DNA from: an uncultured Chloroflexia bacterium
GTDB lineage: Bacteria > Chloroflexota > Limnocylindria > Limnocylindrales > CSP1-4
Direction: 5' to 3'
NCBI GenBank assembly: GCA_963712585.1
Contig: CAVQIH010000012.1
Span: 138,210 to 202,209 of the forward strand
Length of the DNA: 64,000 nt
Part shown: piece after piece, positions 42,501 to 50,791 of the stretch
How positions within the stretch are numbered: the stretch's first letter is position 1
Layout: each line of letters starts with the position of its first letter
Position numbers and translations under genes: made by a program
Notes under the pieces: model-generated
What the model was told of the DNA's origin: nothing
The model's database searches: none
The model's input: only the letters and a program-made list of their open reading frames with translations

Positions 42501-43245
42501 TGGCAGTCAGCACCACCCGGGTGCCCCGGGCATGGGCGGCATCGATGGTCCCGGTCAGCGTCGAGCTCGTCCAGCCGCCCCACCCGGTCGTGACATCGCC
42601 GTTCTCGTCGGTCTTGAGCAGGTTGCCGTCGGCATCGGACCCGACGCTGAAGTAGGCGATCGTCGAGAGGACGTCGTAGTCGAGGGTGGTGTCGCTGTCG
42701 GTGAGCTCCCAGTAGGGAAGGAACCCGAAGACCTCGCGTTGGAGGTTCGGCGCCGCGAGGATCTGTCTCGGTGCGGCTGCCGGGCTGGCCGCGGCGCTCG
42801 GGCCGTCGGTCGCGCCGACCGCGGCGGTGTCGGCCACCTCGGTCATCTCGACGCCGGAGAGCCGGCCGGCCGGCAGCGACCGAGGTCGGGCCCCGTCGAC
42901 CGTTGCCGCGCCGACGCTGGGGCGAGGCCGGTAGCCGACCGTGACGCGCTCACCCGGCTCGAACGCGTTGGGGTCGCCGGCATGGGCCAGCCAGTCGGCG
43001 TAGTGGATGGACGTGGCGACGGCGCTGTCCGCACCGCTTGGCTGGGTCTCGGCGACGGCGAGAGAGGGTGAGGCCGCGGGCAGCATCGCCCCCACCAGAC
43101 CGAGCGCCAGTCCGGCGCCTGCCCAGCGGGGTGCGGCGCGCAGCCGGGCGGCTCGGGTGGCTGTAGGGGATCTGCGCACGTGGGTCCTCGGCTGCGGGGC
43201 GGCCGACGTCTCTGGTCGTCGGCTGCGGGGCCGGGCACGAGCCAC
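39514..43245 (-). CDS. Large secreted multidomain protein: GH18 (chitinase-like) catalytic domain, Ig/FN3-like domain, SH3b-like domain, several FlgD-Ig-like modules and a C-terminal Ig-like domain
   Basis: This is an intact 1243-aa ORF. It has an Arg-rich N-terminus and a hydrophobic signal region. The GH18 motif is GADGVNLDFEP, with YYGRAW and MWALGYD. The SH3-like segment is VAVRTDPSTSATRVLTIGRGTLMEITG..YTWYQV. Repeated F(S/H)P(N/D)GDG..D modules are present (FSPNGDGSRDGLAVTW, FSPDGDSQMDAIEV, VSPDGDGTADRAALAW). Confidence 0.85.
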   Translation of the reverse strand: MARARPRSRRPETSAAPQPRTHVRRSPTATRAARLRAAPRWAGAGLALGLVGAMLPAASPSLAVAETQPSGADSAVATSIHYADWLAHAGDPNAFEPGERVTVGYRPRPSVGAATVDGARPRSLPAGRLSGVEMTEVADTAAVGATDGPSAAASPAAAPRQILAAPNLQREVFGFLPYWELTDSDTTLDYDVLSTIAYFSVGSDADGNLLKTDENGDVTTGWGGWTSSTLTGTIDAAHARGTRVVLTATVFAWTSTQRTLQGRLLGDPAARANLAAQLAAAVRDRGADGVNLDFEPIVAGHEADFTDLVRTLRTALDAYAPGYQITVDTFGRPENFQLEALLAAGVDAFFIMGYDYRIDSSSVAGSISPLTGPAYDLTETVALYQTRVSPDRLILGIPYYGRAWSTVSDAVRAQTQSGVKYGYPAAPTYDVAVELATENGRRWDDEEQAPWTAYQRENCTSTYGCVTSWRELYYDDPQSLGLKYDLAIANNLRGVGMWALGYDGIRPELTALLHQKFAGPPPPDTTPPVAGIVVLPPQTTDEGFVVGWTATDPSGVVSYDVQVSIDAGAWRDWQLGTSATSAVYLGRSGHGYAFRVRATDALGNLGDWVIGDVYRAAGKLAVGGFGQVTASAVAVRTDPSTSATRVLTIGRGTLMEITGGPRSAGGYTWYQVSVPLTEWGTVTAPEAKVWVAAARAGTTYVSATSPPSSTYVLGGLYGVAFGDAGPPSIGAAGAALRTFSPNGDGSRDGLAVTWKNRVALRSLAANIFRPDGSLVGSIPLTALAAGQRRWEWDGRVGGSPLPDGSYVLQLVGKAASVTYAWPSANPTVSPQPEAFGLAIDTLAPTLVSSTISATTFSPDGDSQMDAIEVTGSAPEAVSWSVAIAPLEKGAPGPAVRTISGPGTNAAVTWDGRDDAGRRLVDGTYRVALSLLDGAGNAAAASWDVILETPDPNLTVSVSPAAVSPDGDGTADRAALAWTSDMAVSGEVRVIHGSTVVARWTQGAGTTGTVSWDGRDGKGKAAADGAYVVAFDLADPVGNRVVKTLPLIVDRTAGFLRATPTAFHPQDGDAIAPKIRVTFTLTRTAVTRLAVLDASGTAIRGAWSERTLKAGTHPWTWDGKAAGAFVTPGRYTLLLTARTSLGTVELRRAVVVDAFAVTPSDPTPAAGDVLTLTIVASEPLRAAPTVTFTQVGLAPQKATAVAVKSGRYRVTFTVGDGAGPAVIVVSGRDTGGGLERSVATVTVQ

Positions 43246-43333
43246 CGCTGGAACGGGCGGCCTCGCTATCGCGGGACCCGCCTTGTCGGAGGGAGCTTAG
43301 CCCCCCGGTCCCTTCCCGGCAAACGCCGGCGTC

Positions 43334-45431
43334 TCAGCGCAGTGGCAGGGCGAGGGTCGACTCGTTGCGGCCGCCGTCCGCGTCCCGACCGGCGACCCGC
43401 AGCAGCAGCGTCCCCGGAGCACCGGCCGCCGAGAGCCGGACAGTCGCCCGGTAGGTCCCGTTGGCGAGCCGGGTGAGCTTCGCCTTCGAGGCGGCGAGGC
43501 CAGGCTGGGCGACGGTCAGCGCCGGCGTTGACTTGAGCGGCTCGGCGGAGGTCACCGTCACCGTGATCGTCCCACCGCGAGCGGGAGCTGCGCTGCTGGA
43601 GACGATCCGGAAGTCGTCGATCGCCACCGAAGCCCGGATTGCCGCGCTGAGGGAGCCGTCGGTTGCGCGCACCACCACGTAGTAGAGGCCCCGCGGCAGC
43701 GGAGCGCCGGCGTCCGAACGCCCGTCCCAGTCGAGGCCGTACGCACCGGGCCCCATCGGGGTGGAGGCCTGGAGGGTGCGGACCACTCGGTTGGCCGCAT
43801 CGGTGACCGTCCAGGTGACGCTGACCGGCCGCAGGAGGGTGAAGCTCAGCCGGGCGGTCGGCGCGAATCGACCGGCCGGTTGGAAGACCGTCGTCGAGCT
43901 CCTCACCGCCGAGAGGGCGGAGAACACAGCCACGGCAACCTGGGTTGCCGGTGGCTGCGTTGCCGGCTTCGTCGAGGGGCACGATGGAGAGCGAGTAGCG
44001 CCCGTCGGGAGCCACCCCGCCTGCGTCGGTCAGTCCGTCCCAGACGAGCTCACCGGTCCCGGCCGGGGCCATGACCCGTAGCGAGCGGACTGGGAAACCA
44101 GACGCGTCCTGGACGGCTGCCTCGAAGGCATTCGCCCCGGAGGCGATCAACTGGAGACGCAAGACGTCCGCGACCCGGTCGCCGTTGGGCGAGAACACCG
44201 TCGTCGCGCCCGGCTTCTGGGGCGGGGCCATGGCGGGGGCGACCGTGTCCACGATGACGCTCCCCATCACGTAGCCTGCGTTACCCCAGCCATCCGTGGC
44301 CGTCAGGTCCCAGCCGTAGCCTCCGTCAGGGACTCGGATCCCGGCGGAGGTCCCGTCCCAGCTGGCGGCGAAGGCATCGCCGGTGCCCCCATACGTCGCG
44401 GCCGGGACACCGCCCGGACCGCGGAACGTGAGCTGCCAGACGGCCGGCCCGGTAAGCCTTCCGGCCACCGCGATGGTGTCCTGGCGCCCGTCGCCATTGG
44501 GGGAGAAGGCGCCGCCGCCGCCGCTGAGGGCATAGGCGAGCAGTGCCCCGCCGGGCCCGGGTCCGAGCGGCTGAGCCGGGGCGAACGAGCCGCTGATGTC
44601 GCCAGTGGTCAGCCCTGGAAACACCACCAGGGAGCGGTAGTAAGAACCTGTCGCCGGGTCGGGATCGAGGTAACCGGTCGTGCCCGGGGTCCGGACACTG
44701 CTGAAGGCCTGCTCGTTGGCGTTGGCGCCCGGGACCGACCGCCAGGCCGACTCGACCGGCTGCTGCGACCCGAAGAACGTCGCGAGGTAGGCCGCAGAGC
44801 TCCCGAAGTGCGCGTCCGCGATGACCGCCCGGGCCCCCGCCGCGAACCAGCCGGCGGCGAAGTTGTCGACCCGCTGGCGGGCGACCTCCGGACTGGGATC
44901 GGGCTGGCCGGGCTCGGAGTTGCCGGACGAGTAGCAGAGGTGCGACAGGATCACCACGGCGCTCGGGGCGAGCCGGACCTCACGGGCGAGGACGGCCTCG
45001 CCGTGGTAGCGAGTGGTGTTGTTCTCGGTAGCCCCCGGCGGGTTCAACCCGAGGCCGTCCTGGGTTTCGGGCTGAAGGGTCGTCGTGTAGGGGCTGGGGA
45101 AGCCGTTGCCATGGCCCATGTCGACGACGATCGCGGCCCCCTGGAGGGCCGGCCGGACCGCGTCCCAGGTCGCGTTCGGCGTGAAGATCGTGACCACGTT
45201 GGCCGTCCAGCGGCGGGCTTCGGCCGCGGCCGCCTCGGCGTCCTCGCGGTAGGAGTCAGAGGCGCTCCCGGCCGGCCCCACGATGATGACCACCTTGGGG
45301 CCGCCATCGGCCGCGGCGACCGTGGCGCCCGCGCCGATCGAGACGCCGCCCGTCGGCGTGAACCCCATCGGCGCGAGCAGGACGGCGATCGCGATGAGGC
45401 CGGCGCCGAGCGCCGAGCGAATCGAGGGCAT
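43334..45431 (-). pseudogene. Large secreted protein: N-terminal domain with possible clan-CD (gingipain/clostripain-like) His/Cys dyad, FlgD-Ig-like modules and a C-terminal Ig-like domain; one frameshift near 43945
   Basis: The ATG at 45429-45431 begins MPSIRSALGAGLIAIAVLLAP. The N-terminal domain reads KVVIIVGP..AAIVVDMGHGNG..AVVILSHLCYSSG. FlgD-Ig-like modules are FSPNGDGRQDTIAV and FSPNGDRVADVL. The last 199 aa continue in ORF 43334-43933. Confidence 0.7.
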
Positions 45432-45577
45432 CAAGGGGCTCTCCCGGAGCGCAAGGGGGACGCAGACCCCCGCGGGTCCAGCCGCCAGCGTGGCCTGTGC
45501 TCGGGGGCGCGGCAATCGCGCCAAGGTCCGGGCCGGTACTAGCCCATTCGGCCGGGCGGCGGGGTCGGGGCGGGGTC

Positions 45578-46525
45578 TCAGGGTGCGGCCGGGCTGCTGT
45601 AGGGCTGCTCGGTATCGGGGAGCGTCCCGTCAGGGTTCAGCTGGTCGGTCGGAATCTGGTCTGCGCCGGGCAAACCGCCCTCGTAGTCGATGACTACCAG
45701 CACGTAGATGAGGTGGTCGAGATCGAGGAGCGGCTCGACGTACGCCGTCTGGACCACCGCGTTCGGGTCGCGCACGACATCGGTGATCTGTCCGATGACG
45801 AGGTCCTTCGGGTACGGCGAGCGGATCCCGCCCGTCAGCTCGATACCGGCTGTCCGTACCTGGTCGCCGATCTGGAGGCGCTGGGTGGAGTCGATGTTCT
45901 GCATCACCAGCTGGCCGCCGAGCTGGCCGATGACCTCGCCCGTGGCGTCATTGGAGGTAACCTTGCCGATCACCGTCGACGTCGCGTCGTTGATGAGGAC
46001 GACCCGGGCGAAGTTCGGCCCGACCTGGGCCACGCGGCCGGCCAGGGCGCCGCCCTCGCCGATGACCACATCTCCGGTCTTGATGCCGTCGTCGGCGCCT
46101 CGCCCGATCGTCACCACCCGACGAGTCTCGAGCGTCTCGCGGCCGATGACCTCTGCGGCCACCGTCTTGTAGGTCAGCGAGCTCTTCAGCCCGAGGATCG
46201 CCGAGAGCTGCTCGTTCTCCGTCGCGATCGGGCGGAGCCGCTGGTTCTCCGCGGCCAAGCGGTCGTTATCGCGCCGGAGCTGCTCGTTCTCGTTGCGCAG
46301 CCGGTCGATCTCGCTGACCGTCTGGACGAGCGAGCTCGCTTCGCGGGCGACCCCGGTGAGGCCGTTCTGGAACGGCGCCAGCGCGAAACCGATCCCCTTC
46401 TGGACCTCGAGAACGAAGGGGCTGGACGAGAAGAGCATGAGCAGGGCGCTGACGCCGACGAGGATGGTGAAGACGACTCCCCGTCGCCGGGCCGCGCGTG
46501 TGGAGATGAGTCCAGTCATGGCCAC
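45578..46525 (-). CDS. mreC: Rod shape-determining protein MreC
   Basis: This is an intact 315-aa ORF. It has an N-terminal anchor, a coiled-coil (IDRLRNENEQLRRDNDRLAAENQRL) and beta-barrel repeats (GIKTGDVVI..GALAGRV, IGDQVRTAG). Confidence 0.9.
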   Translation of the reverse strand: MAMTGLISTRAARRRGVVFTILVGVSALLMLFSSSPFVLEVQKGIGFALAPFQNGLTGVAREASSLVQTVSEIDRLRNENEQLRRDNDRLAAENQRLRPIATENEQLSAILGLKSSLTYKTVAAEVIGRETLETRRVVTIGRGADDGIKTGDVVIGEGGALAGRVAQVGPNFARVVLINDATSTVIGKVTSNDATGEVIGQLGGQLVMQNIDSTQRLQIGDQVRTAGIELTGGIRSPYPKDLVIGQITDVVRDPNAVVQTAYVEPLLDLDHLIYVLVVIDYEGGLPGADQIPTDQLNPDGTLPDTEQPYSSPAAP

Positions 46526-46557
46526 TCTCCGATCCTCGGCCGAGGCACGGTGACAGC

Positions 46558-47616
46558 CTAGCGCGGCGGCCGCGAGTAGGTGTCGGCGACGAGCACGCGC
46601 TCCATCCCGTCGAGCTCCTGGAGCACGAGGCCGGTCCCTCGCGCGACGCAGGTCAGTGGGTCGTCGGCGACGTGGACCGGCATCTGGGTGGCCTCGGCGA
46701 TCCGCTGGTCAAGCCCGACCAGGAGTGCCCCGCCCCCGGCCAGGACGATCCCCTGGTCCATGATGTCGGCCACGAGCTCGGGGGGCGTCTCTTCGATCGT
46801 GTCCTTGATGGTGTCGACGATCTGCTGGACCGACGGCTCGATGGCCTCGCGGATCTGGTCCGCCCCGACCTCCACGGCCCGCGGCAGCCCCGTCAGGAGG
46901 TCACGACCTCGGAGGGTCACCCGCTGCTCGTCCCACTCGCCGGGATAGGCCGAGCCGATGGCGATCTTGATGTCCTCGGCCGTGCGCTCCCCGAGGAGGA
47001 GGTTGTACTCGCGGCGGGCGAAGGCGACGATGTCGGCGTCCATCTCGTCGCCGCCGATGCGGATGCTCCGGGAGACGACGATGCCTCCCAGGCTGATGAC
47101 CGCGACTTCGGTCGTCCCGCCGCCGATGTCGACGATGAGGCTGCCCGATGGTTCGCTCACCGGCAGCCCGGCTCCGATGGCAGCCGCCATCGGCTCCTCG
47201 ATCAGGCGCGCCCAGCGCGCGCCGGCGTTGAGGGCCGCGTCGCGGACCGCCCGCTTCTCGACCTCGGTGACGCCCGACGGGATTCCCAGCAGCATCCGGG
47301 GCCGGGCGATCATGCCCACCCGGTCGTGGACGCGCTCCACGAAGTACTTGATCATCTGCTCGGTCACGTCGAAGTCGCTGATGACCCCGTCGCGGAGCGG
47401 CCGGATGGCGATGATGTTGGCAGGCGTCCGGCCCACCATTCGCTTGGCCTCCGCGCCGATCGCCAGGACCCGCTTGGTCTTGGAATCGATGGCCACGACG
47501 CTCGGCTCGCTGATCACGATCCCGCGGTCGCGGACGTGGACGAGCGTGTTGGCGGTGCCCAGGTCGATCCCGATGTCGCGCGAGAAGAGCCCCAGGATGG
47601 CGTCGAAGATGCTCAG
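46558..47616 (-). CDS. mreB: Rod shape-determining actin homolog MreB (start codon unresolved)
   Basis: The track ORF starts at an internal Met. The frame continues upstream through the conserved N-terminus LSIFDAILGLFSRDIGIDLGTANTLVHVRDRGIV. The only in-frame candidate just before it is CTG at 47614-47616. Confidence 0.9.
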   Translation of the reverse strand: MSIFDAILGLFSRDIGIDLGTANTLVHVRDRGIVISEPSVVAIDSKTKRVLAIGAEAKRMVGRTPANIIAIRPLRDGVISDFDVTEQMIKYFVERVHDRVGMIARPRMLLGIPSGVTEVEKRAVRDAALNAGARWARLIEEPMAAAIGAGLPVSEPSGSLIVDIGGGTTEVAVISLGGIVVSRSIRIGGDEMDADIVAFARREYNLLLGERTAEDIKIAIGSAYPGEWDEQRVTLRGRDLLTGLPRAVEVGADQIREAIEPSVQQIVDTIKDTIEETPPELVADIMDQGIVLAGGGALLVGLDQRIAEATQMPVHVADDPLTCVARGTGLVLQELDGMERVLVADTYSRPPR

Positions 47617-47830
47617 GGAGGTCGGTCCTTCGTGATGGCGCAGATGGTCTCGCCAGTCACGCTGGCGGCCCGCTCGGTTCGGCGTCGTGGCCCGTGTCGC
47701 TGGCCGGGCGAACTGGCCCGGCCCTGACGGCGCGGCGCGGACGGGACGCTGTCGGGCGCCGCCACGGAGCGCGCAGCGAGTATACCGCCGGGTCCTCGCG
47801 AGCTCCGCGCCGTGCGCCTGCCGTGCTCGC

Positions 47831-47866
47831 GTGCCGCCCAGCGTGCCGCCCAGCGTGCCGCCTAGG
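47831..47866. repeat. 12-bp tandem repeat, 3 copies (GTGCCGCCCAGC x2, GTGCCGCCTAGG) in the radC-mreB spacer
   Basis: The repeat was read directly from 47821-47870. Confidence 0.6.
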
Positions 47867-47883
47867 GAGTCAGCCGGGCGGCC

Positions 47884-48618
47884 CTACCGTGCTGGCCGGT
47901 CGAAGGCCACGCCGCGGTCGCGCAGCGAGACGAAGGCGTCGTGGCCGATCACGAGGTGGTCGAGCACCTCCACATCGAGCAGCCGGCCGGCAGCGAGCGC
48001 CTCGGCGGTCAGGTGGAGATCATCCGGAGAGGGCGTCGGGTCGCCGGAGGGATGGTTGTGGACGAGGATGACTCCGCTGGCGGAAACCCGGACCGCATCG
48101 CGAAACAACTCGCCGACTCGGACGAGACTGCTCGACACGTTGCCCTGGTAGACGGTCACGACGCGCAGAACGACGTTCTTGGTGTTGAGCAGCACGACCC
48201 GCAGCTCCTCACGCTCGAGTCGGCCCATCTGCATGACGAGCCGATCGGCGATGTCCCGCGGCGCCCGGATGGTCCAGCGCGCCGATGGCCAGTCGGCCAT
48301 CAGGCGGCGCCCGATCTCGAACGCCGCCGTCAACTGGGCCGCCCGGGCGGCTCCGACGCCCGGGATGGCCTCGAGCTCGACGTCACTGGCGTGGGCGAGC
48401 CCGGTCAGCCCGTCGTGGCGGCCGAGCGCCTCGGCGGCCAGCTCGACCGCGTTCATGCCTCGCGATCCGGAGCCCCAGACCAGGGCGATCAGCTCCGCGG
48501 CACTCAAGCCGCTTGGTCCCCGCGTGACGAGCCGTTCGCGCGGACGCTCCGCCGCCGGGATCTCGCGGAGGGTGCGCGGGTGGCGGGAGGACCAGGACGG
48601 ATCACGGTCGGGAGCCAT
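47884..48618 (-). CDS. radC: RadC-family JAB/MPN-domain protein
   Basis: Recognisable blocks are PRERL, a helix-hairpin-helix region (LSAAELIALV..GVGAARAAQL) and the JAMM motif ILVHNHPSGDPTPSPDD. The start is taken at the ATG at 48616-48618. The gene shows the conserved position upstream of mreBC. Confidence 0.85.
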   Translation of the reverse strand: MAPDRDPSWSSRHPRTLREIPAAERPRERLVTRGPSGLSAAELIALVWGSGSRGMNAVELAAEALGRHDGLTGLAHASDVELEAIPGVGAARAAQLTAAFEIGRRLMADWPSARWTIRAPRDIADRLVMQMGRLEREELRVVLLNTKNVVLRVVTVYQGNVSSSLVRVGELFRDAVRVSASGVILVHNHPSGDPTPSPDDLHLTAEALAAGRLLDVEVLDHLVIGHDAFVSLRDRGVAFDRPAR

Positions 48619-48787
48619 CGGTTCGGCCACGGTTGGTCTCCGCTGGAGGCGCGGCGGTCGTGGGTCTCCGGACCCGGGCGACGGGAGCCCGCCGATTTCC
48701 CCCGCCATCCGGATCCGGAGACGGGGCCCAAGGTAGCGGGGCAGGCTCACCGCCCCCTCATCGCCGGCTTGGCCGGGACTCGACCGG

Positions 48788-49771
48788 CTAACTCCCCGCC
48801 AGCGAGCGCCCCGCCAGCTCGGCCAGGACCAGGGCGACTCCGTTGAAGGCCGCGTGGGCGCTGATGGAGGCCCACAGGGAATCCCGTCGCACGAAGATCC
48901 AGCCCAGCAGGTAAGCGACGGGCAGGCGCCCGATGAAGGCGACCGCGGCCAGCCTGACCGATTCGGAGAACGTCGCCCCGCTCAGGGTGAGCACATGGAC
49001 AAGAGCAAAGAAGACGGCGGAGCGGGCGACCGCCCGACCCGGTCCCAACGAGCGAAGCCAGGCCGTCGTGGCGAAGCCGCGGAAGAAGAGCTCCTCACCG
49101 AGCGGCGCGACGATGGCCGCCGCCACGATGTTCACCACGAAGTCGGCGGCCGTGCTCGGCTTCGGAAGCGGACCCTGGGGCGTGACTCCCAGCAGGGTCA
49201 CCAGCACCGCGACCAGGACGATCGTGATGCCGTAGGCGAGCAGGCCGGTGGCCAGGCCGGCCAGGAGATCGCCCGCGAGCCGGCTGGCGGTGGCCGCCCG
49301 GATCCCCATCTCGGTCCAGGTCAGCGATCCGGAGCCGACGACGAGGAACCCGATCAGGCCGAGGTTGATGAGGGCCGTCAGCAGGAGCGAAATGAGGACG
49401 CCGGGCGAGGTCGTGTCATCGAACAGGCCACTCAGGGCGAGACCGGCGCCGGCCAGCAGGTTGAGCGCCAGGGAGGCCGCGAAGACCAGGAGCGGCGAGG
49501 GTCCCCGGTATCCCGTCCACCCATCCGCCCGCCGCTGGAGCGCCTGGGCCCCGGCAGCCGCGATGAGGCCCAGCCCGGCCATCGAAAGACCGCCGATGAA
49601 CAGGGCCATGGCCAGGGCGCGCTCCCCGCCCGAGGCCGCGAAGGCGACGAAGACGACGGCCCCACCGACCAGCGAGAGGAGCCAGCCCGCGGCGTAGAGA
49701 CCGGGGGCGGCCCGGCCATCCAGGGAGAAGACCGGGCGCCGGGTGCCGCCTTCCGGGCCGCCCCGGCTCAA
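48788..49771 (-). CDS. CPBP-family intramembrane glutamic endopeptidase (CAAX protease/Abi)
   Basis: This is a 327-aa polytopic ORF with the motifs EELFFRGF, FFALVH and ISAHAAFN. Confidence 0.8.
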   Translation of the reverse strand: MSRGGPEGGTRRPVFSLDGRAAPGLYAAGWLLSLVGGAVVFVAFAASGGERALAMALFIGGLSMAGLGLIAAAGAQALQRRADGWTGYRGPSPLLVFAASLALNLLAGAGLALSGLFDDTTSPGVLISLLLTALINLGLIGFLVVGSGSLTWTEMGIRAATASRLAGDLLAGLATGLLAYGITIVLVAVLVTLLGVTPQGPLPKPSTAADFVVNIVAAAIVAPLGEELFFRGFATTAWLRSLGPGRAVARSAVFFALVHVLTLSGATFSESVRLAAVAFIGRLPVAYLLGWIFVRRDSLWASISAHAAFNGVALVLAELAGRSLAGS

Positions 49772-50616
49772 CCGGGCTGGGCGCGCCGGCGCGGAGCGGA
49801 CCTGGGGGGAGTCGCCGGAGGCTGGGCTGTCGGAAGGCCGACTGGTCCGGTCGCGGGCACGCCCAGGTTCGTCGTCGGCGATCGGTCGGGCGGCGCCGGG
49901 CGAGTCGCGGGGGTCGGCATGGGGGACGCCATCGGGGTGGCCATCGGGGTGGCCATCGGGGTCGCCATCATCGGGCCGCCCGCCGGCGCGACGCCTGACG
50001 ACGCCCCGGAGGGTGCGGGCTGGGGGGCGACTCGGCGAGCAGCCGAGGCGGCGGAAACGGGCAGAGGCGTCACGGGGGCAGCTGTCGGCTGGGGGCGTCC
50101 GGCCGGAACGCCGCGGCCGTACGGATCGGCCACCGGGGCCCGCTCGAAGTCACGGCCGCACCAGGCGCAGAGGGACCAGTCGAGCCCGACCAGGCGCTGG
50201 CAATTGGGGCACACCCGCTTGAGTCGGGTTCGGCACGTCGGGCACAGGAGCCAGCCGTCCTCGACCCGCCGGTCGCAGCCCGGGCAGCGGGGGACGTTCT
50301 CGATCTCGGTCAGCATCGCTTCCTGGGCGATCTCGCGCTCGTGGGCCTCGCCGAGACGCTCGGGCGGCCTGACGACCCGGTAGACGACCACGGCGAAGGC
50401 GAAGAAGAGCGGCGTGAAGAGGATCACGAGGGTCGCCGCCACGTACGGGAGGATCGGGTTGGCCGACCGCGTCTGCATGTCGCGGAACGCCCAGTACGCG
50501 GCCGCCAACCAGAGGATGACGACGTAGACCGCGATCGCGCGGAAGCCCAGCACCACGATCTCGTTCGAGAAGAACGACGAGATCGCGTTGCCGATGTCCT
50601 TGAGGATCTGATCCAT
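49768..50616 (-). CDS. Membrane protein with double zinc-ribbon and Pro/Ala-rich tail
   Basis: The ORF has two N-terminal TM helices, then CPGCDRRV..CPTCRTRL..CPNCQRLV..CAWCG, then a low-complexity tail that includes MATPMATPMATPMASPMPTP. Its stop overlaps the CPBP start by 4 nt. Confidence 0.65.
   Translation of the reverse strand: MDQILKDIGNAISSFFSNEIVVLGFRAIAVYVVILWLAAAYWAFRDMQTRSANPILPYVAATLVILFTPLFFAFAVVVYRVVRPPERLGEAHEREIAQEAMLTEIENVPRCPGCDRRVEDGWLLCPTCRTRLKRVCPNCQRLVGLDWSLCAWCGRDFERAPVADPYGRGVPAGRPQPTAAPVTPLPVSAASAARRVAPQPAPSGASSGVAPAGGPMMATPMATPMATPMASPMPTPATRPAPPDRSPTTNLGVPATGPVGLPTAQPPATPPRSAPRRRAQPG
49928..49969 (-). repeat. 12-bp tandem repeat (about 3.5 copies of GCCATCGGGGTG on the plus strand) encoding (M-A-T-P)n
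   Basis: The repeat was read directly from 49921-49980. It corresponds to the MATPMATPMATPMASP stretch of the 49768-50616 ORF. Confidence 0.6.
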
Positions 50617-50791
50617 GGACTCGGGGCTCGGTCCCTCGTGTCAGCCCTGATCGGCGAGCGGGGCCCACCGGCGTGCGGCTGCCGGGGCAGTGTAGCAGGG
50701 GTGCTGACCCGCGCGGCCCGGGCGACGGGCAGGAGGACCCACGCATGACGGTGGCCGGGGACCCAGGCCGCACAACACGCCCGCCCCGAGC

